A stretch of DNA of 59,784 nt from a virus (taxonomy: Duplodnaviria; Caudoviricetes), in IMG/VR virus record IMGVR_UViG_3300027741_000069, positions 1-59,784 of that record; one strand, given 5' to 3'. Numbering within the stretch: position 1 is the first letter of the stretch; the number at the start of each line of letters is the position of its first letter. Shown here in pieces: positions 30,572 to 41,284 of the stretch. The notes under the pieces were generated by a model that ran no database searches, was not told the DNA's origin, and saw only the letters and a program-made list of their open reading frames with translations. The translations under genes were made by a program, and so were the position numbers.

Positions 30572-30928
30572 TTATAGCTTCTGATCAAATTGTAGATATA
30601 ATGTTTCAACTTGATTTGTTGGTATATACGTCAATGTTAGTTCGACCTGTATGCCATACTCAAATTTGGTAACCAATACCGAATCTACAGAAAGTCTTGG
30701 ATCATATCTAGCAATGCTGTCAATGTCATTTACTATCCTTTGTTTAATTTCCTCAGTAAACGGTTCAAACAGCAAATCCCAAATAATACTACCAAAATTT
30801 GGGTTCATTAATTTTTCACCTTTTCTTATGTGAAAGTGATTAAATAGGTCCTGTTTGGCTAGCTCATAATCATCGAGTTTATATTTTTTAACCCTATTAA
30901 AAGTACTAAATCCTTTATATGTTGTCAT
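30572..30928 (-). CDS. gp25: Baseplate wedge subunit gp25 (GPW/gp25 family)
   Basis: KQDLFNHFHIRKGEKLMNPNFGSIIWDLLFEP...YDPRL motif; 118 aa. Confidence 0.9.
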   Translation of the reverse strand: MTTYKGFSTFNRVKKYKLDDYELAKQDLFNHFHIRKGEKLMNPNFGSIIWDLLFEPFTEEIKQRIVNDIDSIARYDPRLSVDSVLVTKFEYGIQVELTLTYIPTNQVETLYLQFDQKL

Positions 30929-30934
30929 GATTCA

Positions 30935-33109
30935 TTATTTATCCAATGTTTTTTTGGAAGATGCTAACACATCAACGGAATATCTACCCAAGTTAAAATA
31001 TGTTGATCCAGTGGATCCGTTGTTGCCCACCCCAGACCCAGTAGCATTCCAATCTTTTGCGCCTTCGGCCCCCAACAAATGGCTTACTGACAAAATACCA
31101 GCAACAGTTGTTGGATCATCATTTTGTTTTATAGAACCAGAATTCACTAAGTATTTGTAATTAGAATTCAATGAGTGTTGCATAATTTTTTCCTGTGTCT
31201 GAGTTGATGATAGATAAGATTCCTTTGATGTCAATCCGTCTTTCCCAGTCCAAGATGTGGGGTAATTTACTGCGTTATCTCCATACTTCTGAATAGCTCC
31301 AGGCTTGATATATCCTTGATCCGCTAATATGTTTGCACCTATTTGATATTTTCCCAAATAATTGGATTTATTTACTAAATCATAAGAATTTTTACTTTCT
31401 GTATGACCTAATTGAGTCAGCAATGCTTTTGTTTGTGTTACGCTTAATGCTCCAATCCCGGCACCAGGAGCTTTCATTGATTGATTTTTCATCAGACTTG
31501 CTGGTGCAGGATCAACCACACCTGCCCCTTTTGATACTTCTGGACCTTGACTCATATTAGTCATTGAAGTCTCATCAACTCCCTCATTACTATTAGTTTC
31601 ACCTGGAGCCGGGCCACTAGTGACCCCATTGTCCGGCGTTGAATTAGATTCATTATTTTGTGAGCTTGATCCTGAAGATATGGGAGATGGCGGTTTCGTT
31701 CCTAAATGTAAATTCCAAGGCTCATGGGTCGGTGCTATTGGAACTATAGTTTGTAATTGAGCATCCCCACTGATCCATTTTCCTGTTCCGTTCTTCTTAG
31801 TATCATCTAAAGTATTTAATTTTAATTCGCTTGGTCTTTCAACTGATTCAGTCCCGCCTTGATTTAGTGTGATGGTTGCCCCAGTCATCTTTAATCCACC
31901 CGTTCCATTTATACTAGCAGATCCAGAAGCATTGATAGTTAATGCTCCGGCGCTACCGATACCAATTGATTCACCAAATATCGTCAATTTTTGTGCGCTA
32001 TTTAAATTAATTTTTTGGCCTTGAATAGTTGTGGTGGACCCTGAACTAAAATTTATCTGCTGACCTGCATTGAAGTTAATATTTTTATCAGCATGAAAAT
32101 TTAGATCACCTTGTGCCCTAACATTTACACTAGCACCGGTATAAATGTTAAGGTGTCCTGGGCCAGTTAGCTCAATCCAAACACTGCCGTCACTGTTTCC
32201 AATATATAATATTCTAGAAGAATCATTCATCAGAATTTGATGTCCTGAAGATGTTCGAAGCCTAACAAGTTGATCTCTACCAGCCCAATCACCATCATCC
32301 ATAACAAAAGTATGCCCACCTTTTCTTGCAGAAACAGAGTAGTCGTCTGACGTTATTGTGCCTGCTGATAAATTGTCAATTTTCTCTTTTGTATTTTTTT
32401 CATTATTAACACTTCGTCCAGGGGTTGATATTCCAAACACATGACTAGGACTTTCTCTTTGACTACTACTCGATATAACTCCCCTGATATAGTCAGACTC
32501 TAATCCCTGTCTTAATAAATTTTTAAATTGTTCTTCATGAATAGGTTTTTTAAAGCCTACAAAGTTTTCCCAATCTAAATTTTCTTGATTTTCATTAAAT
32601 TCAACTGAAACAGTAGCTTGGCCCGTTTCATAATTTGATTTTACTTTATCGTTCTCAATATTAGAGTCATCAATTTCTACACTGCCAGCAATGCCCGGAA
32701 CCATATGATGACCTATTTGATTGGGAATGCATGCAAACCAGAACCCTCTATTTGGATCACCACCAGCAAAGGTACATAAAACAAAATTATCAACATCAGG
32801 AACTACTGCCCACATGCCGTATGTATGTTGAACTTTACTAAATGAATTTTGTTTATTTGTATCTGGTTGGTGTGTGGTTCCGAAAAAAGGACTAGCATAA
32901 GAAACTGTTCTCCAATTTGAAGAATTGTCCTCGTCGCCAGCAGCTAGGTTAGGAATATAAACTTGCAGCCTGCCAGATCTTGTGGGATCTAAATTACTTT
33001 TTATTTTTCCGACATATGGGCCCGGATCCAACCTAACAGGGGACTTATCTTTGTCAAATAAATTTGGAAGCTTATTAAGCCTAATAGAATCTATAGTCAT
33101 CTCTATCAA
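30935..33109 (-). CDS. gp5: Baseplate central spike (gp5/VgrG-like OB-fold plus beta-helix) with C-terminal lysozyme-like domain
   Basis: DPTRSGRLQVYIP...GMWAVVPD...F.GGD.NRGFW OB-fold, GHTFVMDD/RTSSGHQI repeats, a PTHEPW tip motif, and C-terminal TES.NSY...N..NYLGKYQ.G. Confidence 0.8.
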   Translation of the reverse strand: MIEMTIDSIRLNKLPNLFDKDKSPVRLDPGPYVGKIKSNLDPTRSGRLQVYIPNLAAGDEDNSSNWRTVSYASPFFGTTHQPDTNKQNSFSKVQHTYGMWAVVPDVDNFVLCTFAGGDPNRGFWFACIPNQIGHHMVPGIAGSVEIDDSNIENDKVKSNYETGQATVSVEFNENQENLDWENFVGFKKPIHEEQFKNLLRQGLESDYIRGVISSSSQRESPSHVFGISTPGRSVNNEKNTKEKIDNLSAGTITSDDYSVSARKGGHTFVMDDGDWAGRDQLVRLRTSSGHQILMNDSSRILYIGNSDGSVWIELTGPGHLNIYTGASVNVRAQGDLNFHADKNINFNAGQQINFSSGSTTTIQGQKINLNSAQKLTIFGESIGIGSAGALTINASGSASINGTGGLKMTGATITLNQGGTESVERPSELKLNTLDDTKKNGTGKWISGDAQLQTIVPIAPTHEPWNLHLGTKPPSPISSGSSSQNNESNSTPDNGVTSGPAPGETNSNEGVDETSMTNMSQGPEVSKGAGVVDPAPASLMKNQSMKAPGAGIGALSVTQTKALLTQLGHTESKNSYDLVNKSNYLGKYQIGANILADQGYIKPGAIQKYGDNAVNYPTSWTGKDGLTSKESYLSSTQTQEKIMQHSLNSNYKYLVNSGSIKQNDDPTTVAGILSVSHLLGAEGAKDWNATGSGVGNNGSTGSTYFNLGRYSVDVLASSKKTLDK

Positions 33110-35460
33110 TTATTCTTAGAATTGGTCATGTTTGTTGGTGCCACATTTTTTAAACTATCATTCAAATCCATCATTTCCTTAACTCTTGTTCGTGATGGGA
33201 TTCTATATGAATTGCCAATTGGTTGGCCATTTTCATCTTTTGGTTGATTTATTTTTTCTAATAGATTCGTTGACGGCTTAGTGCGTGTTGGAATTTTATA
33301 TGAATTTTTTAGAGAACTTTCTTGATCTTTATTCTTCCCCTCAGCAATAGTTGTGGCCTCTGGCTGTCTATTGGCTTGACTTGGCGTATTGGGGTTTTTG
33401 AGATTATCGTATTTTGTTTGACCAAACATTCTAATCAGATCTAAGGTCTGAGTAAATTGTCCAGACTTAAATTCATTTTCTACTTTGATGAGTCTGTACA
33501 TCCCACTAAACACACTGGGCATTGTCGCCGATTCTAATTTTGCTAGACCAGTTTCTTGATCAAAATCAGTCGGAGTATTAAATGTCAATAAAACAGGTAT
33601 CTCATAATGATCAAACAACAAACTTCCGTTTTTGTCAATTATTTCACTTGATTTCGAAGGATAATTAATTGGATTGAAAAATACATCATCTTGTTTTATT
33701 AGTTCTGGATCACCAATAATTTTCAACTTTATATTGATCATATCACCTGGCGATTCAGACAGGGATGCTCGATAAAGATCGTTGACTGCTTGCCCCTTGG
33801 CATCATAACTTCCGCCTTGAGCCGCAGCTAAGTCCATTTGAAGACTAGTGTTTTTAATCATAGTGTCCTGAACACTAATATCCAACTTTTGCCTGGGCGC
33901 TTTTCCGGATAAATTTTCCTCTGATATTGTCGATGTAACAGTTTTCTCTAATTTAGTTTTATCGGCAGTAGCTACGATAAGAAACGTAGTATCAAAATCC
34001 AAATCAAAATTTAAAATGCTATCATTTTTCCCAGTAAAAATATAATGATATTCTTTTAAAGCTGATTCAGGAACAGATTTGGGCGCTGTTGAACTTTTAG
34101 TATTATGAAATTCATAAGTTTTTACTACGTAAATTATTTCCTTACTGTATGTGTCCCTAATACAGTCAAAGTCTTTGATGTTAATTATTGGTATGATTTT
34201 GAACCATTTAATTTTTTTATTTGCTTTATTAGCATAATTTTGAATATCACTGTCACTGGCTTTTTGAACATCTATAGTGGGGTCTGTAATTTGATCTCTG
34301 ATATAACGGCTGTTTCTCATCACTTGGTTGATGACTTCCACTATACTAGTACCGGCATTAATTCCAAAGGATTCTCGGTTTCTTACAAATCCAATTGTTT
34401 GAATTCCAGCATTGGATCTAATTTCAGCCAACGCTTTCTGTGAAGAGGTTGGGTCGGGCATAGGTATCATATTGATTGCTGTTTTTTTTGGAAATACTAT
34501 GGAGGATTTTGCAATTTCCTCATCAAATTTAAATGAATAAACTTCTGGATATTCCTGCATCGTTTTATTATTCTTAACTAATTGTTTTTGGAAACTATTA
34601 ATAGCAGCCGTATAACTACCAACAAGATATGTGCTAGATTGAACAGCTTGTCCCAATTCTTGATTAGATTTAGCAATTTCGTTCAATCTAGCTTCACTGG
34701 GATTTTTCTTTTTCTGTTCTTTGACTGCTTCATTAGATAGCGCCTCCAACCTTGCCGCCACAGCTTTATTTACATTTAATATGCCATTTGCTTCGCCGGC
34801 TTTATTTGGATCACTACTGAAAAATTCTTCAACAGTTTTTGCAGTAACAGCGAACGCCGCCGGAGTTCTAACATTGCTATCAGAAAATGCTTGGTGGTTA
34901 AATATAACTGCTGAAATTTGATATTCCCCGCCATCTTTAGTTACTTTTATTTTGCAATTAGTTATTCTAATTGGAATATATTTTGTTTGAGATACGATCT
35001 TATCATGAATTTCCCCAGTTTCAGTGTTGCCAAAAAAATTAAGCTCTAATAGAAAAGGTATTTGCATCCAACTTTTGGCCTTGATATTTTGAGCCATTTC
35101 CAAAAATCTGTTAATAAAAGTTAAACCATAAGGTTCAGTAATGGTAAAAGACATACTGATAGCATTAGTATTTTTAGATATAGTAGTCATACCAACTATT
35201 GTTGTAAATTTCAACTCTTTGAAATAAAAGTCCTCATTGAATGCAGGATGTCTTTTAAAATTACTATCGTTTCTCCTTCCACCACTGGCTATTAAAATAG
35301 TTCCAACACCATCTACCATTGGGGTATATTGATAATTGGGGTTGTTCATTAACATATTATAATTTTCAGGTGGAACTACATGTAAACTTAGCCCATAGGT
35401 ATAGTTAGCATAGTCAAATAATGGATTCGGTCTAGCTTTTGTATTTTTATTATCTGCCAT
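33106..35460 (-). CDS. Baseplate hub protein (gp27/GpD-like)
   Basis: C-terminal IKLKIIGDP...SGMYRLIKVENEFKSGQFTQTLDL pattern, located between the gp53-like and gp5-like genes. Confidence 0.65.
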   Translation of the reverse strand: MADNKNTKARPNPLFDYANYTYGLSLHVVPPENYNMLMNNPNYQYTPMVDGVGTILIASGGRRNDSNFKRHPAFNEDFYFKELKFTTIVGMTTISKNTNAISMSFTITEPYGLTFINRFLEMAQNIKAKSWMQIPFLLELNFFGNTETGEIHDKIVSQTKYIPIRITNCKIKVTKDGGEYQISAVIFNHQAFSDSNVRTPAAFAVTAKTVEEFFSSDPNKAGEANGILNVNKAVAARLEALSNEAVKEQKKKNPSEARLNEIAKSNQELGQAVQSSTYLVGSYTAAINSFQKQLVKNNKTMQEYPEVYSFKFDEEIAKSSIVFPKKTAINMIPMPDPTSSQKALAEIRSNAGIQTIGFVRNRESFGINAGTSIVEVINQVMRNSRYIRDQITDPTIDVQKASDSDIQNYANKANKKIKWFKIIPIINIKDFDCIRDTYSKEIIYVVKTYEFHNTKSSTAPKSVPESALKEYHYIFTGKNDSILNFDLDFDTTFLIVATADKTKLEKTVTSTISEENLSGKAPRQKLDISVQDTMIKNTSLQMDLAAAQGGSYDAKGQAVNDLYRASLSESPGDMINIKLKIIGDPELIKQDDVFFNPINYPSKSSEIIDKNGSLLFDHYEIPVLLTFNTPTDFDQETGLAKLESATMPSVFSGMYRLIKVENEFKSGQFTQTLDLIRMFGQTKYDNLKNPNTPSQANRQPEATTIAEGKNKDQESSLKNSYKIPTRTKPSTNLLEKINQPKDENGQPIGNSYRIPSRTRVKEMMDLNDSLKNVAPTNMTNSKNN

Positions 35461-35463
35461 ATA

Positions 35464-35763
35464 TTATGCTCCCAGAATCTGCATTAATACATCTTTTTTT
35501 GGAATATAAATGCTTTGATCCACATAAAAATCAAATATAGGATCAATCAGTATATCTGGATTTCTGCTAGCAAACACCCACCATAAACCGGCATTATCAT
35601 AAAGGTCAAAAGCCAATAAATCGGGCCTATACATATAAGTCACTGATATTTTGAAAATCGAATCGCTGTCTGTTTTTGGAATGTACCTGTGCTCCATAAT
35701 ATCCAAAAATGGACCAAAACTACCCGTAGCATAATATGGACTGTATTTTGTGTATGTTGCCAT
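35464..35763 (-). CDS. gp53: Baseplate wedge protein, gp53/LysM-like
   Basis: YRPDLLAFDLY....LWWVFA..NPD...DP....IYIP motif; 99 aa. Confidence 0.8.
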   Translation of the reverse strand: MATYTKYSPYYATGSFGPFLDIMEHRYIPKTDSDSIFKISVTYMYRPDLLAFDLYDNAGLWWVFASRNPDILIDPIFDFYVDQSIYIPKKDVLMQILGA

Positions 35764-36860
35764 TAAATAAATCCTCCAGCTTTAAGCAAATTGCCTTTGG
35801 CAAAGTTTTCTAAATCAAATTTAGCAATAGAAGCCCTACTATATACTGGCTGTAAATTTATTACTATTTGGCTACTAGTTGGAAGTCTGGTATTCGACCC
35901 GTTTGTATCAATGCTCATATAATCCATATCTGATGGCATAGTTTGACTAAAACTAGTCAGAACGCAAGGCACGTTGGGGAAATAATTTTCCCCATAACCA
36001 TTTAAAAATAATATTGGCGGTGGAGATCCTGCATGATTGCTTGCGCCGTAAAACATTTTACTAGCCGATCTAAAAAAGTAAATTGCTGCTAACAAATATT
36101 CACCGTCAGACTGATTTTGGACTGTGAAATCACCACTTATTTGTATTGCTTGCACTTCGCTACTATCATAACTATAAGCAGGATAGTTACTATGTGTATT
36201 TTTTTGTGAACTATACCCAGCACTATAAGAAACTGTAATTGACGGAGTATATGGGAAAATGACCCCAGCTGTTTCCACCAATGGCTTCATTATGCCAGGG
36301 TCATTACTTAAATAAAATAAACTAGATTTTTGTCCCACACTTATTCTGATTCGCCAATCTTCCTCCACTGGAGTTACATTTGACGATTTTTCAGATCCTA
36401 ACGCATATCTAATAGATGGGGATTTGGCAGGTGGCGCAGTGCCTACCATATCTTTGCTTGCATTTGACCCAAAAAGTCTGGAAGTCGATTGATTGTTCCC
36501 AGGACCAACCAGTGCACCAGATTCAGGGGCTCCACTAAGGATAGAATTTAAAACATTTGATTGATTTTTGGGCATGATGTTTTTTTCTAAAATTGCTTCT
36601 GGTGATTGTGGCTTTGGATTATATGCTTTATCTTTATCTATTTTATTTTGTACTAAATTTTCTGTTTCATTGATTTCAGCAATCAAAATCACCGCCATAG
36701 GATCTGACGAAGACGCTAAATCAAATTTGGCATTAGCTAATGCATTGAGGGCGTTATCGGATGCAGGACCCGCTGTACCTTTATCACCAGATTTAAGGTA
36801 ATCATTAGATAAACTTTTGGCACTAGTATATTTTTCCAAAATGCTGTCGGGTATGGGCAT
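35763..36860 (-). CDS. Baseplate tail-tube initiator-like protein (gp48/gp54-like)
   Basis: GVIFPYTPSI...IQISGDFT...GSPPPILFLNGYG...NVPCVLTSF tube-type motifs; first gene of the baseplate operon. Confidence 0.6.
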   Translation of the reverse strand: MPIPDSILEKYTSAKSLSNDYLKSGDKGTAGPASDNALNALANAKFDLASSSDPMAVILIAEINETENLVQNKIDKDKAYNPKPQSPEAILEKNIMPKNQSNVLNSILSGAPESGALVGPGNNQSTSRLFGSNASKDMVGTAPPAKSPSIRYALGSEKSSNVTPVEEDWRIRISVGQKSSLFYLSNDPGIMKPLVETAGVIFPYTPSITVSYSAGYSSQKNTHSNYPAYSYDSSEVQAIQISGDFTVQNQSDGEYLLAAIYFFRSASKMFYGASNHAGSPPPILFLNGYGENYFPNVPCVLTSFSQTMPSDMDYMSIDTNGSNTRLPTSSQIVINLQPVYSRASIAKFDLENFAKGNLLKAGGFI

Positions 36861-36903
36861 GTAATTTTGATCTCTGAAAATGATTTAATTAAAATCTATT
36901 AAA

Positions 36904-36909
36904 TATTTA
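36904..36909 (-). promoter_or_regulatory. Late promoter (TAAATA) for the baseplate/fibre operon
   Basis: GATAAATA on the minus strand ~45 nt upstream of ATG 36860; resembles the T4 late consensus TATAAATA. Confidence 0.6.
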
Positions 36910-36940
36910 TCGTAGTTAAAATAATAGTAGTTTATATCTA

Positions 36941-36970
36941 TTGACTTTTTTCTAATATAAATGTTATTAT
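36941..36970 (+). promoter_or_regulatory. Sigma70-type promoter for the late-sigma gene
   Basis: TTGACT-N18-TATTAT with an extended -10 TG; AAGGA SD before ATG 36995. Confidence 0.6.
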
Positions 36971-36994
36971 GCTTTTAATCAAAAGGATCATAAT

Positions 36995-37870
36995 ATGAAA
37001 TTTAATTATCTCAACAATAGAGATTTACTCAAAGAAATACATAAAAGCAAAAATACCTATTGCACTTACTTGAATGCCAGCGATGGTGATTATGACATCA
37101 TCATCAACTCTTTGTCCGAAATCATTGACATCAAAATTAGCGAAGCTATTGAATTGAGATCAGAAAGATTGTGTCGAGCCGCCTACGATGCTGCTATGTT
37201 GGAATCTGTGGAAAAAAGAAAATTAGAAGAATTTGCTGTTGACCCCGCCACCATTAGCAAAACTGATTTGGTATTTAGAGTTATGACTTGGGAACATATT
37301 CCAGAAGAAGCTAAAAAAGTACCAAAAGGTAAAGTAAAAATCTTAGAAGACGACGATGAAGTTGTCAAAACGGAATATGACATTGAAGAAGATGTTCAAC
37401 CAACAAAATATACCAAATGCAACTTCCCACCATTCCAACATTTTAAATTAAACAGTAATGATGAAGCTTATTGTGTTGGAAAGAGTCATTGGAAGGGTGA
37501 TTTGATTACTGGTGAATTTTGCAAAGATCACGGCGCAATGACTAAAAAACTAGCACATATGTTTATCAAACTGTGTGAGCGATATGCCACACGAAGTAAT
37601 TGGAGAGGTTATACGTATAATGATGAAATGCGTAGCCAGGCTCTTTTACAATTAAGTCAAATTGGTTTAAAATTTGATGAATCAAAATCCTCAAATCCCT
37701 TCAGCTATTTCACTGCCGTTGTGACCAATAGTTTTACAAGAGTTTTGAATATTGAAAAACAAAATCAAAATCTTCGTGATGATATTTTGGAATTGAATGG
37801 TATGTCACCATCATATACCCGACAAGGAATGAGCTCAAGTAGCAGTTTTGGTGATGGCGATTACGATTGA
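36995..37870 (+). CDS. gp55: Late-transcription sigma factor, T4 gp55-like
   Basis: NYLNNRDLLKEI N-terminus and RSNWRGYTYNDEM..AL......KFDE.KS.NPFSYFT....NSF.R.L..EK; directly upstream of gp47/gp46 as in T4-like phages. Confidence 0.85.
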   Translation: MKFNYLNNRDLLKEIHKSKNTYCTYLNASDGDYDIIINSLSEIIDIKISEAIELRSERLCRAAYDAAMLESVEKRKLEEFAVDPATISKTDLVFRVMTWEHIPEEAKKVPKGKVKILEDDDEVVKTEYDIEEDVQPTKYTKCNFPPFQHFKLNSNDEAYCVGKSHWKGDLITGEFCKDHGAMTKKLAHMFIKLCERYATRSNWRGYTYNDEMRSQALLQLSQIGLKFDESKSSNPFSYFTAVVTNSFTRVLNIEKQNQNLRDDILELNGMSPSYTRQGMSSSSSFGDGDYD

Positions 37871-37897
37871 CCAAAACTTTTAATATAGAAACGAATC

Positions 37898-37906
37898 TGC
37901 TATAAT
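37898..37906 (+). promoter_or_regulatory. Extended -10 promoter (TGcTATAAT) for gp47
   Basis: Perfect extended -10 located 7 nt before ATG 37914. Confidence 0.55.
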
Positions 37907-37913
37907 TGACAGT

Positions 37914-38936
37914 ATGACTACGACTAATTTATTTAAAAAAGCCGCTTTCATGACCGACATTCATTTCGGCTTGAAGTCAAATAGTGTGCAACATAACGAA
38001 GATTGTTTGAACTTCGTTAAATGGGCAACCAAAAAAGCTCGAGAAGAGGGTTGTGAGACTGCTATGTTTTTGGGCGATTGGAACAATAATCGAGCCAGCA
38101 TTAATATATTAACTTTGAACTATAGCCTTAGGGCTTTGGAGCATTTGAATGACAATTTTGATAATGTTTACTTTATTCCCGGCAATCATGATCTATATTA
38201 TCGTGACAAGAGAGATGTTCAAAGTGTTGAATGGGCGCGACATCTCCCCAATGTCACTGTGTGTAATGATTGGTTTGAACATGGCGATGTTGTTATTGCA
38301 CCTTGGCTTGTGGGTGATGACTATAAACGTATTCCCAAATTAAAATCACGTTATATGTTCGGACATTTTGAATTGCCTGGATATTTAATGAACGCTCAAG
38401 TAGCTATGCCAGATCATGGTGAAATAAAACGAGAACACTTTACCCAATTTGATCATGTATTTACTGGACATTTCCATAAAAGACAAACACAGAAAAATAT
38501 TACCTATATTGGTAATTGCTTTCCACATAATTATTCCGACGCTGGAGACGATGATCGTGGATTGATGATTTTGCCCTGGGGCGAATCTCCACAATTTCAT
38601 GCTTGGCCAGATCAACCCAAATATAGAGTATATAAACTCAGTGACGTTTTAAATCATACCGAAAAAATGCTACAACCAAATATGCATTGCAAAATTAATA
38701 TTGATATTGATATTAGTTACGAAGAGGCTAGCTTTATTAAGGAAACCTTCATTGATACTTATAAGCTGAGAGAAATAATGCTGATTCCACAAAAATCCCA
38801 AGAAATAGGCGATGATATCATTCAAGGCAATATTGCCTTCGAAAGCGTGGATCAAATTGTATCAAGCCAAATTGCATCTGTTAGTAGTGAGCATTTTAAT
38901 CAAAATCTTCTATTAGACATTTATAGAAACCTTTAA
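37914..38936 (+). CDS. gp47: Recombination nuclease subunit, Mre11/SbcD-like
   Basis: Metallophosphoesterase motifs DIHFG, LGD, GNHD, GHF and GHFH. Confidence 0.92.
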   Translation: MTTTNLFKKAAFMTDIHFGLKSNSVQHNEDCLNFVKWATKKAREEGCETAMFLGDWNNNRASINILTLNYSLRALEHLNDNFDNVYFIPGNHDLYYRDKRDVQSVEWARHLPNVTVCNDWFEHGDVVIAPWLVGDDYKRIPKLKSRYMFGHFELPGYLMNAQVAMPDHGEIKREHFTQFDHVFTGHFHKRQTQKNITYIGNCFPHNYSDAGDDDRGLMILPWGESPQFHAWPDQPKYRVYKLSDVLNHTEKMLQPNMHCKINIDIDISYEEASFIKETFIDTYKLREIMLIPQKSQEIGDDIIQGNIAFESVDQIVSSQIASVSSEHFNQNLLLDIYRNL

Positions 38937-38943
38937 GTATAAT
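38914..38943 (+). promoter_or_regulatory. Sigma70-type promoter for gp46
   Basis: TAGACA-N18-TATAAT, ending 8 nt before ATG 38952. Confidence 0.5.
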
Positions 38944-38951
38944 AGTCTTAC

Positions 38952-40712
38952 ATGCTAAAAATTAAATCCATTACTGCGAAAAATTTCCTGTCTATTGGCG
39001 CAGTTACCCAAAGTGTAAATTTAGATAGAGATAACCTAACATTGGTTATTGGTGAAAATTTAGATTTGGGCGGCGTTGATTCTGGTTCTAAGAACGGCGT
39101 TGGTAAATCAGCAATGCTTAATGCCATCAGCTATGCATTATACGGACAAGCACTGACTAACATAAGAAAAGACAATTTGATTAACAAATCAAATGGTAAA
39201 AATATGTTGGTTACTGTGGAATTTGAAAAAAATGGCATAGACTATAGGATAGAGCGTGGTCGCCGCCCTAACACTATGGCATTTTATGTCAGCAACGTGG
39301 AACAGGAAATTACTGACGATAGTCAAGGCGATAGTAGAGAAACACAAGCAGATATTGATAGAATCCTAGGCATGAGTCACGACATGTTTAAACAAACAGT
39401 GGCTTTGAATACCTACAATGAACCATTTCTTAGCCTACGCTCAAGCGATCAAAGAGCTATTATTGAACAATTACTTGGTATAACTGTTCTTAGTGAAAAA
39501 GCCGATCGACTTAAAGAACTAATCAAAGTAACCAAAGATGGCATTACCCAAGAAGAATTTAGAATCAAAGCGGTTGGGGATGCCAACATGCGTATTCAGG
39601 ATCAAATTGAAAACTTAAAACGTAGACAGCAGATTTGGTTAAAAAAGAAAACTGACGATTTAAACCAATTTCAAATTGCGTATGACGAACTAAGCCATTT
39701 AGATATCGAAAAAGAATTATTAGCACACAGAGATCTTTCTGAATTTAATCAAAAAAACAAAGATCTAGTAGAACTCAACAAAGCAGTTAAACGTTCAGAA
39801 TTGGATTATGGTAGAGAAATCAAACATCAACAAAGTTTACAAAAAGAATTATCTGCATTAAAAGAACATCGTTGCCACTCTTGTGGTCAGGAATATCACG
39901 ACGCCAATCATGATCAATTAGTAAAAGGCAAAGAAGAGGAACTTGCTTTAAGTATAGCCAATAGCAATGAGCACACCGAAACTATCGCCGAATTAAATGC
40001 TGCTATTACTGAGTTAGGGGCGTTAGGCACACCACCAAAAGTTTATTATGACAGAGAGTCTGATGCTTTCGAACATCGAAGCAGTATGGCAGGTTTGTTA
40101 AATCAGATATCCAGTAAACAAGCCGAAACAGATCCTTATGAAGATCAAATTGAAGAAATGATTGATAAAGGATTGGAAACAGTCAGTTACGATCAAATCA
40201 ACGAATTAATTTCTCTAAGAGACCATCAGGAGTTTCTACTTAAATTGCTAACCAACAAGGATAGTTTTGTTCGTAAAAAGATCATTGATCAAAATCTCAG
40301 CTATTTAAATGCTAGACTTGGGCAATATTTGGATAGAATCGGGTTACCACATACTGTTCAATTTAATAATGACCTAAGTGTTAGTATTACTGAATTGGGC
40401 AGAGAATTGGATTTTCACAATCTAAGCCGAGGTGAAATGACTAGACTTACATTAAGTTTGAGTTTTGCATTTAGGGATGTTTGGGAGAATTTATTTCATC
40501 CAATTAATTTATTATTCATTGACGAATTATTGGATAATGGTTTGGACCCTGTTGGCATGGAAAATGCTTTATCGATATTAAAAGGCATGGGTCGTGAGAG
40601 AAATAAATCAGTTTGGTTTATCAGCCATAGAGACGAATTAATAGGCAGGGTAGGTAATGTACTCAAAGTAGTTAAAGAAAATGGATATACTGAGTTCAGA
40701 GCTTATGAATAA
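38952..40712 (+). CDS. gp46: Recombination ATPase subunit, Rad50/SbcC-like
   Basis: Walker A NGVGKS, coiled coils with a CHSC zinc hook, signature LSRGE, Walker B LLFIDE, and H-loop ISH. Confidence 0.93.
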   Translation: MLKIKSITAKNFLSIGAVTQSVNLDRDNLTLVIGENLDLGGVDSGSKNGVGKSAMLNAISYALYGQALTNIRKDNLINKSNGKNMLVTVEFEKNGIDYRIERGRRPNTMAFYVSNVEQEITDDSQGDSRETQADIDRILGMSHDMFKQTVALNTYNEPFLSLRSSDQRAIIEQLLGITVLSEKADRLKELIKVTKDGITQEEFRIKAVGDANMRIQDQIENLKRRQQIWLKKKTDDLNQFQIAYDELSHLDIEKELLAHRDLSEFNQKNKDLVELNKAVKRSELDYGREIKHQQSLQKELSALKEHRCHSCGQEYHDANHDQLVKGKEEELALSIANSNEHTETIAELNAAITELGALGTPPKVYYDRESDAFEHRSSMAGLLNQISSKQAETDPYEDQIEEMIDKGLETVSYDQINELISLRDHQEFLLKLLTNKDSFVRKKIIDQNLSYLNARLGQYLDRIGLPHTVQFNNDLSVSITELGRELDFHNLSRGEMTRLTLSLSFAFRDVWENLFHPINLLFIDELLDNGLDPVGMENALSILKGMGRERNKSVWFISHRDELIGRVGNVLKVVKENGYTEFRAYE

Positions 40713-40757
40713 AGTGTTTATTTTTTATTACAACTAAACTGGACTAACTAATAACAT

Positions 40758-41279
40758 ATGACAAGTCCACAAAAGGCCAAAGGCGGCGGTTTCGAAAGAC
40801 AAATTGCAACTTTTCTCACTGATCTATATGGTGAGAAATTTATCAGAACACCTGGTTCTGGTGCCTATGTGGGCGGGTCAAATAGTAAACGCAAGGAATT
40901 CTTGCATGAGGGACAAATTCGCAGTTTTAAGGGAGACATTATTCCCGGACAGAGTTTTCCCAAACTCAATGCTGAATGTAAATTCTATAAAGATTTTCCA
41001 TTTCATCAATTTTTTACAGGTTCAATTAAAATCTTAGACTTATGGATTGCTCAATGTATGGAAGCCGCAGATTCTGGGGATTTCAATATCTTGTTCATGA
41101 AATTTAATCGAAAAGGCACATATGTTGCCGTACATCATTCTGACACCACGTCTTTCAATTTAAAAAATCATTTTATATATACACATCAAACTCATGGCTC
41201 ATGGATCATCATGGATCATCAAACATTTTTCGAGACCAACTCCAAGCAAGTAAAACAACTTTGCAGTAGTCAAAGTTAA
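40758..41279 (+). CDS. Holliday-junction resolvase-like PD-(D/E)XK nuclease (Hjc-type)
   Basis: KAKGGGFERQIA...R.PGSGA...GDII...AECK motif order. Confidence 0.75.
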   Translation: MTSPQKAKGGGFERQIATFLTDLYGEKFIRTPGSGAYVGGSNSKRKEFLHEGQIRSFKGDIIPGQSFPKLNAECKFYKDFPFHQFFTGSIKILDLWIAQCMEAADSGDFNILFMKFNRKGTYVAVHHSDTTSFNLKNHFIYTHQTHGSWIIMDHQTFFETNSKQVKQLCSSQS

Positions 41280-41284
41280 TCACA

